Assembly: GCA_046539325.1 (NCBI GenBank)
Contig: JBKHHD010000006.1
Span: 1 to 64,000 of the forward strand
Length of the DNA stretch: 64,000 bases
Direction: 5' to 3'
Source of the DNA: Candidatus Aenigmatarchaeota archaeon
GTDB lineage: Archaea; Aenigmatarchaeota; Aenigmatarchaeia; PWEA01
Below are positions 28,731 to 38,936 of the stretch, piece after piece (position 1 is the stretch's first letter; every line of letters begins with the position of its first letter). The position numbers and the translations under genes are program-made. Under the pieces are notes generated by a model. The model was not told where the DNA came from. It worked only from the letters and a program-made list of their open reading frames with translations, and searched no databases.

Positions 28731-30248
28731 TTAGAATTCCTCGCCTGCTTCATCAAAGTTTAAGGTCCCATCCACGAGACTTCGGAGTATTCTTGGTATA
28801 TCATCAATGGAAACTCTTATCTGATCAGTGCTATCCCTGTCTCTTATGGTAACAGTATCGTCCTCCATCGTATCGTAGTCCACCGTTACGCAGTACGGAA
28901 CTCCTATTTCATCCGCGCGGGCGTATCTCTTTCCAATGGAGCCACGTTCCTCGTACTCCACGTTCATTCTGTCCTTCAGATCGGCATGAATTTCTTTGGC
29001 CTTCTCGTCAAGACCGTCTTTAGCCATCAAAGGAAATATCCTGCATTTCACTGGAGCTAGTCTTGGATCCAGCTTAAGTAGCTTTCTATCTTCTTCAACT
29101 GTATAGGCATCCATTATAAAGACCATTAGACTTCTCTCTATCCCCTGTGACGGTTCCGAAGCCACATGTGGAAGAACATGCTCTTCTTTATCCTGATCGT
29201 AAATACCAAGGTTTTTACCTGAATGTTCTTGGTGGTGACGAAGATCGTAGTCACCACGATCCGCGTTTCCGTAAACTTCATCCCAACCAAATGGAAATCT
29301 ATATTCTATATCGAAGCACGAACTGGCGTAGTGGGCCAGCTCTTCATCTGGATGTTCCCTTAGACGAAGATCCTCTGGATCCACGCCCAACTCAACAAAC
29401 CAGTTGAAATGTTGATATAACCAGTATGCAAGCCACTCCGTTTCCATATAATTACCTTGAATTAGCTCTCCTATAGTCATTCTTTCATGTTTTTCATCCT
29501 CCTCCTGATGCTCGGCCGTCAATACTTGAAGTTCGTAATTCCTTATAGTGTCGTCTAGAAAGGGACAGTTTTCCTTATTATCAGGATGAACAAAATATTC
29601 TATCTCGAGTTGTTCAAATTCCCTGTTTCTGAATACGAAGTTTCGTGGAGAAATCTCATTCCTAAAGGCTTTGCCAGTTTGTGCTATCCCGAAAGGTAGT
29701 TTTTGCCTTGTACTCTCTCTTACATTTTTGAAGTTGGTAAAAATTAGCTGCGCGGTCTCGGGCCTTAGATAGGCTTTGTTTTCCTCAGATTCCACAGGAC
29801 CAAGGTTCGTCTCAAACATCAGGTTAAACTCCTTGACCTCGGCAAGCTCGCCTCCGCACCTAGAACATCTTATATTCTCCTCCTCTATTATTTTATTCAG
29901 TTCTTCAGGTTCCTCACCCTCGACCTTCTTCCCTGTTTCTTCCTCTATGAGCCTGTCCGCCCTGACTCTCCTCTTGCATTTCTTGCAGTCGACAAGAGGG
30001 TCTGAAAAAGAATCAACATGTCCCGAAGCCTTCCAGACCTCGTTGCTTGATATTATGGAGCCGTCTATTCCTACGATGTCGTCTCTTCTCTCCACGAACT
30101 CCTCCCACCAGAGGTCTGTCATGTTTTTCTTTATCTGCGTCCCCACAGGGCCGTAGTCCCAGAATCCAGAAAGTCCGCCGTATATCTCGGAGTTGGGGAA
30201 GATTATTCCTGTCTTCTTACAAAAGGACTTTATATCATCCAGATCCAT
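28731..30248 (-). CDS. glyS: glycyl-tRNA synthetase (alpha2 type)
   Basis: EIYGG..GFWDYGP.G, FNLMF, YLRPETAQ, GKAFRNEISPR, GSIGKRYARADEIG. Confidence 0.96.
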   Translation of the reverse strand: MDLDDIKSFCKKTGIIFPNSEIYGGLSGFWDYGPVGTQIKKNMTDLWWEEFVERRDDIVGIDGSIISSNEVWKASGHVDSFSDPLVDCKKCKRRVRADRLIEEETGKKVEGEEPEELNKIIEEENIRCSRCGGELAEVKEFNLMFETNLGPVESEENKAYLRPETAQLIFTNFKNVRESTRQKLPFGIAQTGKAFRNEISPRNFVFRNREFEQLEIEYFVHPDNKENCPFLDDTIRNYELQVLTAEHQEEDEKHERMTIGELIQGNYMETEWLAYWLYQHFNWFVELGVDPEDLRLREHPDEELAHYASSCFDIEYRFPFGWDEVYGNADRGDYDLRHHQEHSGKNLGIYDQDKEEHVLPHVASEPSQGIERSLMVFIMDAYTVEEDRKLLKLDPRLAPVKCRIFPLMAKDGLDEKAKEIHADLKDRMNVEYEERGSIGKRYARADEIGVPYCVTVDYDTMEDDTVTIRDRDSTDQIRVSIDDIPRILRSLVDGTLNFDEAGEEF

Positions 30249-30315
30249 CTTTCTCACAACTCTTCTTTATTACTTGAGATTTAAATTTAAAAGTAACCAA
30301 AGGTCTTGTAGCTTC

Positions 30316-30954
30316 ATGAAAGTAGACATGCATGTCCACACAAGGTTCTCGAAGGACTCAAGAATGGATCCAGAGGAGCTGGTCGAGGAGGCGGAGAAAA
30401 AGGGTCTGGACGGAATAGTCGTAACGGATCACGACACAATGGAAGGCTTTAGAGGAGCTGAGAAGCTGGATAGTGACGTAACTGTAGTCCCCGGCGAAGA
30501 GATAACTACGGACAAGGGCGAGCTCCTGGGTCTTTTTCTGGATAAAGAAATAGAGAATTCGGATCCTGAAAAGGTTGTCAAAGAGGTAAAAGAACAGGAT
30601 GGCATAGTAGTAGTTCCTCATCCCTTTGATCCAATCCGTTCCTTTGATGGCTGGAAGGAGCTTGAAGGGATAGATGGATTAGAGGTATTCAACAGTCGAA
30701 ACCTGACCTCAGGAATGAACAAAAAGGCAAAGGAGTATGCGGAGAAAAAATCTCTGATAAAGACAGCAGGGAGCGACGCACACAGTCCTTGGGAAGTAGG
30801 CAAGGCTTATGTAGAGGCTGAGGCGAAAAGCATTGAGGAGTTTAAAGAAGAGTTAATTGATAGTGGAGTTAAAGTAAATGGAACCAAAGGAAGTATACTG
30901 TCCTATATACACGGAAACCTGGAAAAGATAAAACATGGCTTGAGAAGGAGATAG
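30316..30954 (+). CDS. PHP-domain metal-dependent phosphoesterase
   Basis: DMHVHT, VTDHD, PGEE, HPFD, GSDAH. Confidence 0.9.
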   Translation: MKVDMHVHTRFSKDSRMDPEELVEEAEKKGLDGIVVTDHDTMEGFRGAEKLDSDVTVVPGEEITTDKGELLGLFLDKEIENSDPEKVVKEVKEQDGIVVVPHPFDPIRSFDGWKELEGIDGLEVFNSRNLTSGMNKKAKEYAEKKSLIKTAGSDAHSPWEVGKAYVEAEAKSIEEFKEELIDSGVKVNGTKGSILSYIHGNLEKIKHGLRRR

Positions 30955-30956
30955 CT

Positions 30957-31994
30957 ATGGCTGAAAAATCAAACAAAGGTCTAATTAAGTTCCTGGGTCT
31001 CCTTGCAGTAGGGTTAGTAATATTCATATCAGTTTTCAGATTAGTTGGTTTCGGAAAAATAACTTCAGCAATAGGCCAACTGTATCTCCCATACTACCTC
31101 ATAGTAATTGGTATAATAGTTTTCAACATTTTCCTGTGGTCCTATAGATGGGGGCTTTTCATAAGGATGGAACATCCAGAAATTTCCTCCTTCGATATAT
31201 TCAAAACCACTTTAGTCGGAGTAGCTATCAACAATCTCACTCCGGTCCTGAAGATGGGAGGAGAGGCCGCAAGAGTCTACCTCTTAAAGATAAGACACGG
31301 GATGAGGGGAAGGGAAGGTCTCGCAACCACGACCTCAGATCTCACAATGGAATTCATAGTCGACTTTATGCTTGTCATTGTTTCTGTGATCTTTCTAATG
31401 ATATTTCTAAGCCCGCCGATTTGGCTCTACGGAATCTTACTTGGATTCCTGATTGTTTCCTCCCTCATAGTTTTCAGTATTTTCGGTATATACACCGGCC
31501 AAAGAATAATCTCAAGTATTATAGCATGGTTCTGCCGAAGGACCGATAGACTGGACTCTGAAATTACCCTTGCAAAGTACGAGACCTTCCAGGAAACCTT
31601 CAGGGAAACGATGAACAACAAAAGGGTCTTCACAGGCGCAATGTCACTGACCGTGATGAGGAAGGTACTGTTGGTAACGAAGTACTATGTTCTCTTTGCA
31701 GCTCTCGGACACACCATGAGCCCTATAAGCATAATCATAGCTATAGGCGTCGGATACATGCTTATGATTATACCTTCGACGCCCGGAAGCCTTGGTGTCT
31801 TTGAAGGTGGCATGGTTTCAATTTTTGTAATGCTTGGTGTACCTGCAGGAGCGGCTGCAGCTGCGGTCTTCCTTGATAGGCTCATATGGTTCTGGGGTAC
31901 GACCAGTGCAGGAGGACTCCTTGGAACATACTACGGCCTAAGCCTTATTGGAAGCAAGGTAATAGAATCGTACAAAAATGCAGAAGTACAATGA
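30957..31994 (+). CDS. UPF0104 / lysylphosphatidylglycerol-synthase TM (flippase-like) protein
   Basis: RW, NNLTP..MGGE..R, TPGSLGVFEG, multiple TM segments. Confidence 0.85.
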   Translation: MAEKSNKGLIKFLGLLAVGLVIFISVFRLVGFGKITSAIGQLYLPYYLIVIGIIVFNIFLWSYRWGLFIRMEHPEISSFDIFKTTLVGVAINNLTPVLKMGGEAARVYLLKIRHGMRGREGLATTTSDLTMEFIVDFMLVIVSVIFLMIFLSPPIWLYGILLGFLIVSSLIVFSIFGIYTGQRIISSIIAWFCRRTDRLDSEITLAKYETFQETFRETMNNKRVFTGAMSLTVMRKVLLVTKYYVLFAALGHTMSPISIIIAIGVGYMLMIIPSTPGSLGVFEGGMVSIFVMLGVPAGAAAAAVFLDRLIWFWGTTSAGGLLGTYYGLSLIGSKVIESYKNAEVQ

Positions 31995-32035
31995 GGTAAA
32001 GGTATTTAATTCACAAATGTTCAAGTTTAGGTACT

Positions 32036-33277
32036 ATGTACAGGCTGACTGAGGAAGGAGAGAAATACCTCGAAGAAGGGCTTCCTGAAAAGAGGCTCAT
32101 GCAGTCTCTGGACGGAACAAAAGAGATAAGCGAAGTGAAGGAAAGGATCGAAGGGTCTTCATTAGCTATAAACTGGGCACTCAAGAACGGTTGGATAGAG
32201 ATAAAGGAAGGTACTATCCATGTGAAGAAGAGGCCCAAGGAGATCAGGCTTCAGAAGGCCTTGGAAAAGGTCAAGCAAGGGGAAGGGCTTGACGAAAACA
32301 CAAAGGAGAAGTTAATAGACAGAAGCCTTATAGAAGAAGTCAGGGAAGATATAGTAAAGCAGGCCAAGGAGCAGCTCGAAAAAGGCTCGACATCCAATCT
32401 CACGCCCGAACTCATAAAAACAGGTCTCTGGAGAGAGGCTGATTTCAAGGAATACGACCCCACGAAAACCGGAAAGAGGAAGTACCCCGGGAGAAAACAT
32501 ATTCTCTCCTACTACATACAGGATATAAGGAGGGTTTTCTTTGACATGGGCTTCGAGGAGATGAAAGGACCCTATGTAGAGTCCAGTTTCTGGAACATGG
32601 ACGCACTGTTCATACCGCAGGACCATCCTGCACGGGATATGCAGGACACCTTCTATATGAAGAAACCCGAGGAGACAAAGCTCCCTGATAAAGAGCTGAT
32701 TGGATCCGTTAAAAAGATGCATGAACAGGGGAACAGTAGATCGGAAGGCTGGAACTACAGCTGGAAGGAAGAAATGGCTAAAAGACCTGTTCTGAGGACA
32801 CATACAACTGCTGTCAGCGCACGGAAGCTAGCTGAAATAGAGCCACCTGCAAAGCTTTTCTCAGTGGACAAGGTATTTAGAAACGAAACTCTGGACTATT
32901 CGCATCTTCCTGAGTTCATGCAGGTCGAAGGTATAGTTGCCAGCGGAGAAGTAAACTTCCAGAACCTTCTAGGATACCTTGAGGAGTTCTACAAAAAGCT
33001 TGGTTTCAAAAAGATAAGGTTCAGACCTGGCTACTTCCCCTACACAGAGATGTCCGTGGAGCCGGAGGTGTACTTTGAGGAAAAGGATGAATGGTTAGAG
33101 ATGGGCGGCGCGGGAATATTCAGAGAGGAAGTTACTGAACCGTTGGGAATCGAAGTTCCTGTACTCGCCTGGGGCCTCGGGCTCGAAAGGCTTCCAATGA
33201 TAAGGGAAGGTATAGATGATATAAGGAACTTCTACTATGAAAACAACCTTAAGATGTTGAAGGGGGCCAAGATATAA
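32036..33277 (+). CDS. pheS: phenylalanyl-tRNA synthetase alpha subunit
   Basis: FWNMDALFIPQDHPARDMQDTF, LRTHTT, VFRNE, YFPYTE.S.E, GLGLERL. Confidence 0.97.
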   Translation: MYRLTEEGEKYLEEGLPEKRLMQSLDGTKEISEVKERIEGSSLAINWALKNGWIEIKEGTIHVKKRPKEIRLQKALEKVKQGEGLDENTKEKLIDRSLIEEVREDIVKQAKEQLEKGSTSNLTPELIKTGLWREADFKEYDPTKTGKRKYPGRKHILSYYIQDIRRVFFDMGFEEMKGPYVESSFWNMDALFIPQDHPARDMQDTFYMKKPEETKLPDKELIGSVKKMHEQGNSRSEGWNYSWKEEMAKRPVLRTHTTAVSARKLAEIEPPAKLFSVDKVFRNETLDYSHLPEFMQVEGIVASGEVNFQNLLGYLEEFYKKLGFKKIRFRPGYFPYTEMSVEPEVYFEEKDEWLEMGGAGIFREEVTEPLGIEVPVLAWGLGLERLPMIREGIDDIRNFYYENNLKMLKGAKI

Positions 33278-34902
33278 TGGCTGTCGTTAGCTTTGATATG
33301 AAAGAACTTGAAGAGCTTGTAGGGAAAAAACTGAACAAGGACGTGCTTGAGAACAAAGTCCCTATGATGGGATGTGAATTTGAAGGTGTGGAAAACAGGA
33401 AGGTAAACTACGAAGTCTTCCCCGACAGGCCTGACCTTCTTTCAGTGGAAGGATTTGCAAGAGCACTCCGCTACTTTCTTGGTGTTGAAGAAGGCCTTGA
33501 AAACTACGAAGTAGGGAAAAGTGGCATTGAACTGAAAGTAGAAGACAGTGTGGATCCTGTACGTCCCTGTATATCCGCTGGTGTGGTAAGAAACGTTCAG
33601 CTGGACGAGTCCGTTCTCAAATCAATCATGCAGGTCCAGGAAAAGATACACAAAACCTTCGGGAGAGGAAGGAAGAAAATAGCCATAGGTATCCATGACC
33701 TTGACAAGGTGGAAGAACCTTTTACTTACAAGGGCGTTGATCCTGAAAGCATCGAGTTCGTTCCTCTTCAGAGCGACAAAAGGATGGATCTGAGGGAGAT
33801 AGGTGAAAAGCACCCCAAAGGCAAGTACGTTGACATTCTTGAAGGAAACGAAAAATGGCCCGTTATAGTGGACAAAAACGAAGAGGTCTTAAGCTTCCCT
33901 CCTGTAATCAACGGACAGCTAACGGAGCTTTCCGAGGAAACTGAAAATATATTCATAGACGTGACAGGAACTGATGGAAAGGCTGTGGAGGAAGCTCTGA
34001 ACATAATAGTAACCTCCCTGGCCGATAGGGGAGGTGGCATAGAAACTGTAACAGTAAATGGAGGTCAAAGACCGGATCTGGACCCGAAGGAAATGGAGGT
34101 AGATTTAGGCTACGTTAACAAGCTACTTGGCCTTAATTTAAAGGAAGGTGAATTTGAGGATCTTATCGGAGGGATGGGTTTCGGATACTCGGAAGGAAAG
34201 GTTCTTGTCCCACCCTACAGAGTGGATGTGATGCATCCTATGGATGTAGTCGAAGATGTGGCAATAAGCCACGGGTACGAGAACCTTAAGCCTGAAATAC
34301 CGGATGTTCCTGGAACAGGAAGGTCCCAGAGAATAGAAGATCTCACAGAGAAGGTCAAGGAAGTTATGCTTGGCTTTGGATTCCAAGAGGTTAAAACTAC
34401 TGTTTTGACGAACAAGGAAAGGCAGTTTGAGAAGATGGAAAGGAACTTAGAGGAAGCAGTGGAGATGAAGAACTCGTTTTCAGAAAACTACAACATCTGC
34501 AGAAAATATCTAACTCCTGAGCTGCTGGAAGTTTTAAGACAAAATCAGCACAGGTCTTATCCACAGAAGATATTTGAGATAGGCGACGTTCTGCTCCTCG
34601 ATGACGAAGAGGAAACAAAAACAAGAAATAAGAGGAAAGCCTCTGGCCTGATATGTAACGATGAAGTAAACTACGTAGACCTCGCCTCGGTTGTCTCATC
34701 AATACTACAGCTACTTGACAGGAAAGTAAAATTTGAAGAATACGACTCCGGATCCTATCTGAAAAACAGAGCAAGTAGGATTGTTGTAGACGGTGAGAAG
34801 ATCGGGGAAGTTGGAGAGGTTCATCCAGAGGTTCTTGAAAACTGCAGAATAGAAAAGCCTGTGGTTGCTTTCGAGTTAGGCTTGGAAAGTCTTGGAAAAT
34901 GA
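33277..34902 (+). CDS. pheT: phenylalanyl-tRNA synthetase beta subunit
   Basis: DRPDLLSVEG, QEKIH..GRGRKKIAIGIHD, SFPPVIN, PPYRVDVMHP.DVVED. Confidence 0.96.
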   Translation: MAVVSFDMKELEELVGKKLNKDVLENKVPMMGCEFEGVENRKVNYEVFPDRPDLLSVEGFARALRYFLGVEEGLENYEVGKSGIELKVEDSVDPVRPCISAGVVRNVQLDESVLKSIMQVQEKIHKTFGRGRKKIAIGIHDLDKVEEPFTYKGVDPESIEFVPLQSDKRMDLREIGEKHPKGKYVDILEGNEKWPVIVDKNEEVLSFPPVINGQLTELSEETENIFIDVTGTDGKAVEEALNIIVTSLADRGGGIETVTVNGGQRPDLDPKEMEVDLGYVNKLLGLNLKEGEFEDLIGGMGFGYSEGKVLVPPYRVDVMHPMDVVEDVAISHGYENLKPEIPDVPGTGRSQRIEDLTEKVKEVMLGFGFQEVKTTVLTNKERQFEKMERNLEEAVEMKNSFSENYNICRKYLTPELLEVLRQNQHRSYPQKIFEIGDVLLLDDEEETKTRNKRKASGLICNDEVNYVDLASVVSSILQLLDRKVKFEEYDSGSYLKNRASRIVVDGEKIGEVGEVHPEVLENCRIEKPVVAFELGLESLGK

Positions 34903-34912
34903 AGACCTGTCC

Positions 34913-35686
34913 TTACTTCTTGAAGAAGCTTGATATCCTTGAAAGAAGCCCTCTTCTTCCATAGTCAAGGTCTAGCTCCTCGGCAACAACCTGAGAAGCT
35001 ATTTCTTTGAAAGCCTTGCTAGCTGGTGAATGTGGATCGTGATGTACAACAGGCTTCTTCATAGCGACTGCTTCAGGAACCTTTTCATCGTATGGCACTT
35101 TACCTAGAACAGGCAGGCCGTCTAGCATATCACTGACCTCTCTTTCGTTGAGCTCCTGTTTGGAGCCTGTGTGAGAGTTTATTACAGCACCAATAACATC
35201 GACGCCAAAGTCCTCGGCAAGGTTCTTCGTTTTGAGGGCATCGGTAAGCGAAGGTAGGTTTGGATGTGTTACAAGGAGAAGTTCGTCTGAAGCCTCGAGG
35301 GTGGATACTGTCTCCTGACCGAGGCCGGCCGCAGTATCAAGTAAAACCATATCCGTTTCGCCCATTAGCTCTTCTATGGCGAGAGGCAGATGTCTTGAAT
35401 CAGTGCCTTCCATATCATCAATACCTATGCCTGAAGGAACAACCTTTATTCCAGAAGGATGGACGTACATCGCCTCGGGCATCATAGCATCTTCCTTGAG
35501 AACGTCGTGTAACGTGACCGGGTACAGAGGGATTCCGAGATGCATCGATAGATTAGGTGTGGTAAGGTTTCCGTCTACCAGTGTTACATTTTTGTCTGCT
35601 TCAGTGAGAATAGCACCGAGGTTTGAGACGAGAGTTGTCTTTCCTACGCCACCTTTACCTGAAGCCACAGATAGAACTCTGGTCAT
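34913..35686 (-). CDS. minD: MinD/ParA family ATPase
   Basis: SGKGGVGKTT, LLDTAAG, C-terminal amphipathic GLLSRISSFFKK. Confidence 0.92.
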   Translation of the reverse strand: MTRVLSVASGKGGVGKTTLVSNLGAILTEADKNVTLVDGNLTTPNLSMHLGIPLYPVTLHDVLKEDAMMPEAMYVHPSGIKVVPSGIGIDDMEGTDSRHLPLAIEELMGETDMVLLDTAAGLGQETVSTLEASDELLLVTHPNLPSLTDALKTKNLAEDFGVDVIGAVINSHTGSKQELNEREVSDMLDGLPVLGKVPYDEKVPEAVAMKKPVVHHDPHSPASKAFKEIASQVVAEELDLDYGRRGLLSRISSFFKK

Positions 35687-35739
35687 TGTTCCCACACATC
35701 TTTAATTTGAAGGCCTACAAATTTAAAGCTTTCCGTCGT

Positions 35740-35758
35740 AACAGACGCGGTGGGATTT
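35740..35758 (-). repeat. duplicated 3' end of tRNA-Arg (att-like)
   Basis: AACAGACGCGGTGGGATTT versus AACGGACGCGGTGGGATTT at 35904-35922 (18/19 identical). Confidence 0.75.
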
Positions 35759-35761
35759 TAG

Positions 35762-35836
35762 AAGAAACCTTTCAAAATCTTGGAACCAAGTTCCAAGTGT
35801 TGGAAAGCTCTGCTTTCCAAAGGGTTTCATCCAAAG
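35762..35836 (+). repeat. free-standing multi-hairpin copy of the tRNA-intron palindrome family
   Basis: AAGAAACCTTT...AAAGGGTTTC-ATCCAAAG enclosing CTTGGAAC/GTTCCAAG and TTGGAAAGC/GCTTTCCAA. Confidence 0.65.
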
Positions 35837-35905
35837 TTAGGATCTGAACGGAGTGAAGATGGAACCTGGATGAACTTTAAGTGGCAGGGTATCCTCTTAA
35901 AGCAA

Positions 35906-35980
35906 CGGACGCGGTGGGATTTGAACCCACGACCCCTGGCTTAGAAGGCCAGTGCTCTGTCCAGGCTGAGCTACGCGCCC
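35906..35980 (-). tRNA. tRNA-Arg(TCT), intronless
   Basis: GGGCGCG/CGCGTCC-G; CTGGC-CTTCTAA-GCCAG; GGTTCAAATCC. Confidence 0.96.
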
Positions 35981-36080
35981 ATGGATCTAAAATTAAACAG
36001 TCCGCCTTATATCTTTTGCCCGTCCGTGTATTAACGGTAAAGTTTTATAAAGGCGTCCTACAATACATAAGGACGATAAC

Positions 36081-36167
36081 ATGGAAAAGGACAGAAGGTT
36101 CGGCAAGGAAGAAGCAATCTGCCTCTCCACCGGACTAGGACTTCTCCTGCTGGTTCTGCTGGTTTAA
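36081..36167 (+). CDS. putative 28-aa tail-anchored small protein
   Basis: MEKDRRFGKEEAICLSTGLGLLLLVLLV*; TTTTATAAA about 30-35 nt upstream. Confidence 0.45.
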   Translation: MEKDRRFGKEEAICLSTGLGLLLLVLLV

Positions 36168-36236
36168 GAACTGTGCTAAAGCGCCGCTCTAAATTCTTTT
36201 TAATTTTAAGTTACAACTGTAAAGAGTCATGGTACC

Positions 36237-38891
36237 ATGGAAACGGAAAAACTGAAGGAAATTGAAAGGAAGTGGCAGGAGAGATGGGAGGAGGAAGGTA
36301 TATTTAAGGCCGAAGAAAACAGCCCTAAGGATAATTTTTACGCGCTCGACATGTATCCTTATCCTTCCGGATCAATGCACATGGGCCACGTTAGAAACTA
36401 CGCTCTCGGCGATGTAAATGCAAGGTTCAGAAGGATGCAAGGCTACAACGTACTGTATCCTATAGGATTCGATTCCTTCGGACTTCCTGCAGAGAACGCA
36501 GCGATACAAAGAGGTAAAAATCCCAAAGACTGGACCGAATCGAATATAAAGAGCATAAAGGGTCAGATGAAGAGGCTGGGCTATTCCTTCGACTGGTCAA
36601 GAGAGATCGCTTCGCACAGAGAAAGCTACTACAGATGGGACCAGTGGATCTTCCTACAACTGTACAAAGAAGATCTGGTTTACAAGGACACGGAAGAGGT
36701 AAACTGGTGCCCTGGCTGTAAGACAGTTCTTGCAAACGAACAGGTAGTTAACAACAGATGTGAAAGATGTGACGCAGAGATTGAGAAGAAGAATCAGGAA
36801 CAGTGGTTCTTCAAGATAACAGAATACGCAGACGAGCTTCTTGAAGGTCTGGAGGATATAGACTGGCCGAAGAAGGTCAAAAAGATGCAGGAGGACTGGA
36901 TAGGAAGAAGCGAGGGCGTGGAATTGACCTTCGAACTTGCTGATAGGGATGATTCTCTGGAGGTATTTACCACGAGACCTGATACCCTGTTCGGATGCAC
37001 ATTTATGGCTCTGGCGCCTGAGCACCCGCTTTCGGAGGAACTGGCCGAGGAGAAAGAGGAAATAAGAAAGTTTGTGGACGAGATAAAGAAGCTCGACGAA
37101 AAGGAACGCAAAGGCAAGAGAGGTATAGACACAGGGCTCAAGGCCGTAAATCCTGTAAACGGAGAGAAAATACCAATATACATAGCTGAGTTCGTGCTGA
37201 TGGAATACGGTACTGGTGCGATAATGGCAGTGCCAGCACACGATCAGAGAGACTACGACTTCGCCAAGAAAAACGATATAGAAATAGTTAAGGTAATCGA
37301 GCCAGAGGAAGGCCTGAAGGAACTGGAAGAGGCCTATACAGAAGAAGGTGTCCTTGTAAACTCAGGCCGTTTCAACGGCCTCAAAAACGAAAAGGCCAAA
37401 GAGGAAATAACAGAATACCTCAGAGAGAAGGACAAAGCAAAGGAGACAGTAAACTATAAGCTCAAGGACTGGAACGTATCCAGGCAAAGATACTGGGGCT
37501 GCCCGATACCTATCGTATACTGTGATAACTGTGGCGAGGTCCCTGTTCCAGAGGAGGATCTTCCTGTAAAGCTTCCTGAAGAAGACGTTGCCATAGATGT
37601 AAAAGGCAGTCCACTGGAACACGTACAAGAGTTCGTACAGGTAAAATGTCCTCAATGTGGCGGCGAAGCAAGGAGGGAAACCGATACATTCGACACATTT
37701 GTCGACTCTGCTTGGTACTTCCTGAGATTCTGTTCTCCACGCTACGAAGAAGGGCCATTCGATCCCGAAAGAGCTCGCTCCTGGATGCCTGTGGACCAGT
37801 ACACAGGTGGCATAGAGCATGCTGTTCTACATCTACTATACGCAAGGTTCTTCACGAAGGCGCTCTCGGACCTTGGGCTCCTGGAGTTCAGGGAGCCCTT
37901 CAAGAGGCTGCTAAACCAGGGAATGGTGCTCTTGGACGGAGAGAAGATGTCAAAGTCGAAAGGAAACGTGGTGCGTCCAAGTGAAATAATAGAAGACTAC
38001 GGCGCAGATGTAGGAAGGTTCTTCATACTCTCGAGAAGCTCACCGGAAAGGGAAATGAACTGGACCTCCGAAGGTGTTGAATCTGCATATAAGGCCCTGA
38101 GGAGATTCTATAACTTATACGAGGCTGTCTATGAAATTAGCGAAAGCCATGGAAAGGTCGAAGAATTAGAGGACAGATACTATCTATCCACACTTCACAG
38201 ATCAGTGAAAGAGATGACAGAAAGAATGGAAAATATGGAGTATAGCTACGCAGCCGACGTACTCGACGGCCTTGTATCCAAGGGCTCTAAATACCTAAAA
38301 GAAGGAAACGGGAAGGCCAAAAAACAGGTCTTAGGCGAATACATAGAGAAGCTCGTACGTATGTTTGCTCCCTTTACACCTCATCTTTCCGAGGAACTAT
38401 GGGAAGAGATGGGAAGAGAAGGTTTTGTTTCGACGGCAGACTGGCCGGAAGCTGAGAAGGATAAGATAGACAAGGAAGCAGAGGCCGCCATGGAACTGTT
38501 TGGTAGCATGAAGAAGGATATAAGAGAGATAGAGAAGATAACAAGCATAGAGGACCCGGATGAGATAAAGGTTATAGTTGCAGCGCCGTGGAAATACAAG
38601 CTTTACGAGAAAGCTTTCGAAGGACAGGAGCTATCGAAAATAATGCAGGACGAGGAGATAAGGAGTAAAGGTGACAAGGCAGCGAGCTACTTTCAGGAGC
38701 TGAGCAAAGAGCACGAGCTGGAGGAACTGGTCCTTGATTCACAGAGCGAGGCGAAGAACCTCAAAGAAGTTAAGGATAAGATAGAAGAGGAGTTCGAAGC
38801 TGAGGTTGTAGTTGAAAAGGAGGGGGAAAGCAACGAGGTGAAGGCAGGCAAGGCGAGGCCTGAGAAACCAGCTATAGTTCTCAAGGACTGA
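36237..38891 (+). CDS. leuS: leucyl-tRNA synthetase (bacterial-type core)
   Basis: MYPYPSGSMHMGH, FDSFGLPAENAA, FTTRPDT, SRQRYWG, GGIEHA..HLLY, KMSKS. Confidence 0.96.
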   Translation: METEKLKEIERKWQERWEEEGIFKAEENSPKDNFYALDMYPYPSGSMHMGHVRNYALGDVNARFRRMQGYNVLYPIGFDSFGLPAENAAIQRGKNPKDWTESNIKSIKGQMKRLGYSFDWSREIASHRESYYRWDQWIFLQLYKEDLVYKDTEEVNWCPGCKTVLANEQVVNNRCERCDAEIEKKNQEQWFFKITEYADELLEGLEDIDWPKKVKKMQEDWIGRSEGVELTFELADRDDSLEVFTTRPDTLFGCTFMALAPEHPLSEELAEEKEEIRKFVDEIKKLDEKERKGKRGIDTGLKAVNPVNGEKIPIYIAEFVLMEYGTGAIMAVPAHDQRDYDFAKKNDIEIVKVIEPEEGLKELEEAYTEEGVLVNSGRFNGLKNEKAKEEITEYLREKDKAKETVNYKLKDWNVSRQRYWGCPIPIVYCDNCGEVPVPEEDLPVKLPEEDVAIDVKGSPLEHVQEFVQVKCPQCGGEARRETDTFDTFVDSAWYFLRFCSPRYEEGPFDPERARSWMPVDQYTGGIEHAVLHLLYARFFTKALSDLGLLEFREPFKRLLNQGMVLLDGEKMSKSKGNVVRPSEIIEDYGADVGRFFILSRSSPEREMNWTSEGVESAYKALRRFYNLYEAVYEISESHGKVEELEDRYYLSTLHRSVKEMTERMENMEYSYAADVLDGLVSKGSKYLKEGNGKAKKQVLGEYIEKLVRMFAPFTPHLSEELWEEMGREGFVSTADWPEAEKDKIDKEAEAAMELFGSMKKDIREIEKITSIEDPDEIKVIVAAPWKYKLYEKAFEGQELSKIMQDEEIRSKGDKAASYFQELSKEHELEELVLDSQSEAKNLKEVKDKIEEEFEAEVVVEKEGESNEVKAGKARPEKPAIVLKD

Positions 38892-38936
38892 AGCTTAGTT
38901 TTATAAGTTTAGCGCCTGTATTCTTGGTAGGATAAT

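Noticed and set aside
35740-35922. Intact provirus or integrative element at tRNA-Arg
   Set aside because: Only about 145 bp between the repeats and no integrase in the window; kept as a scar finding
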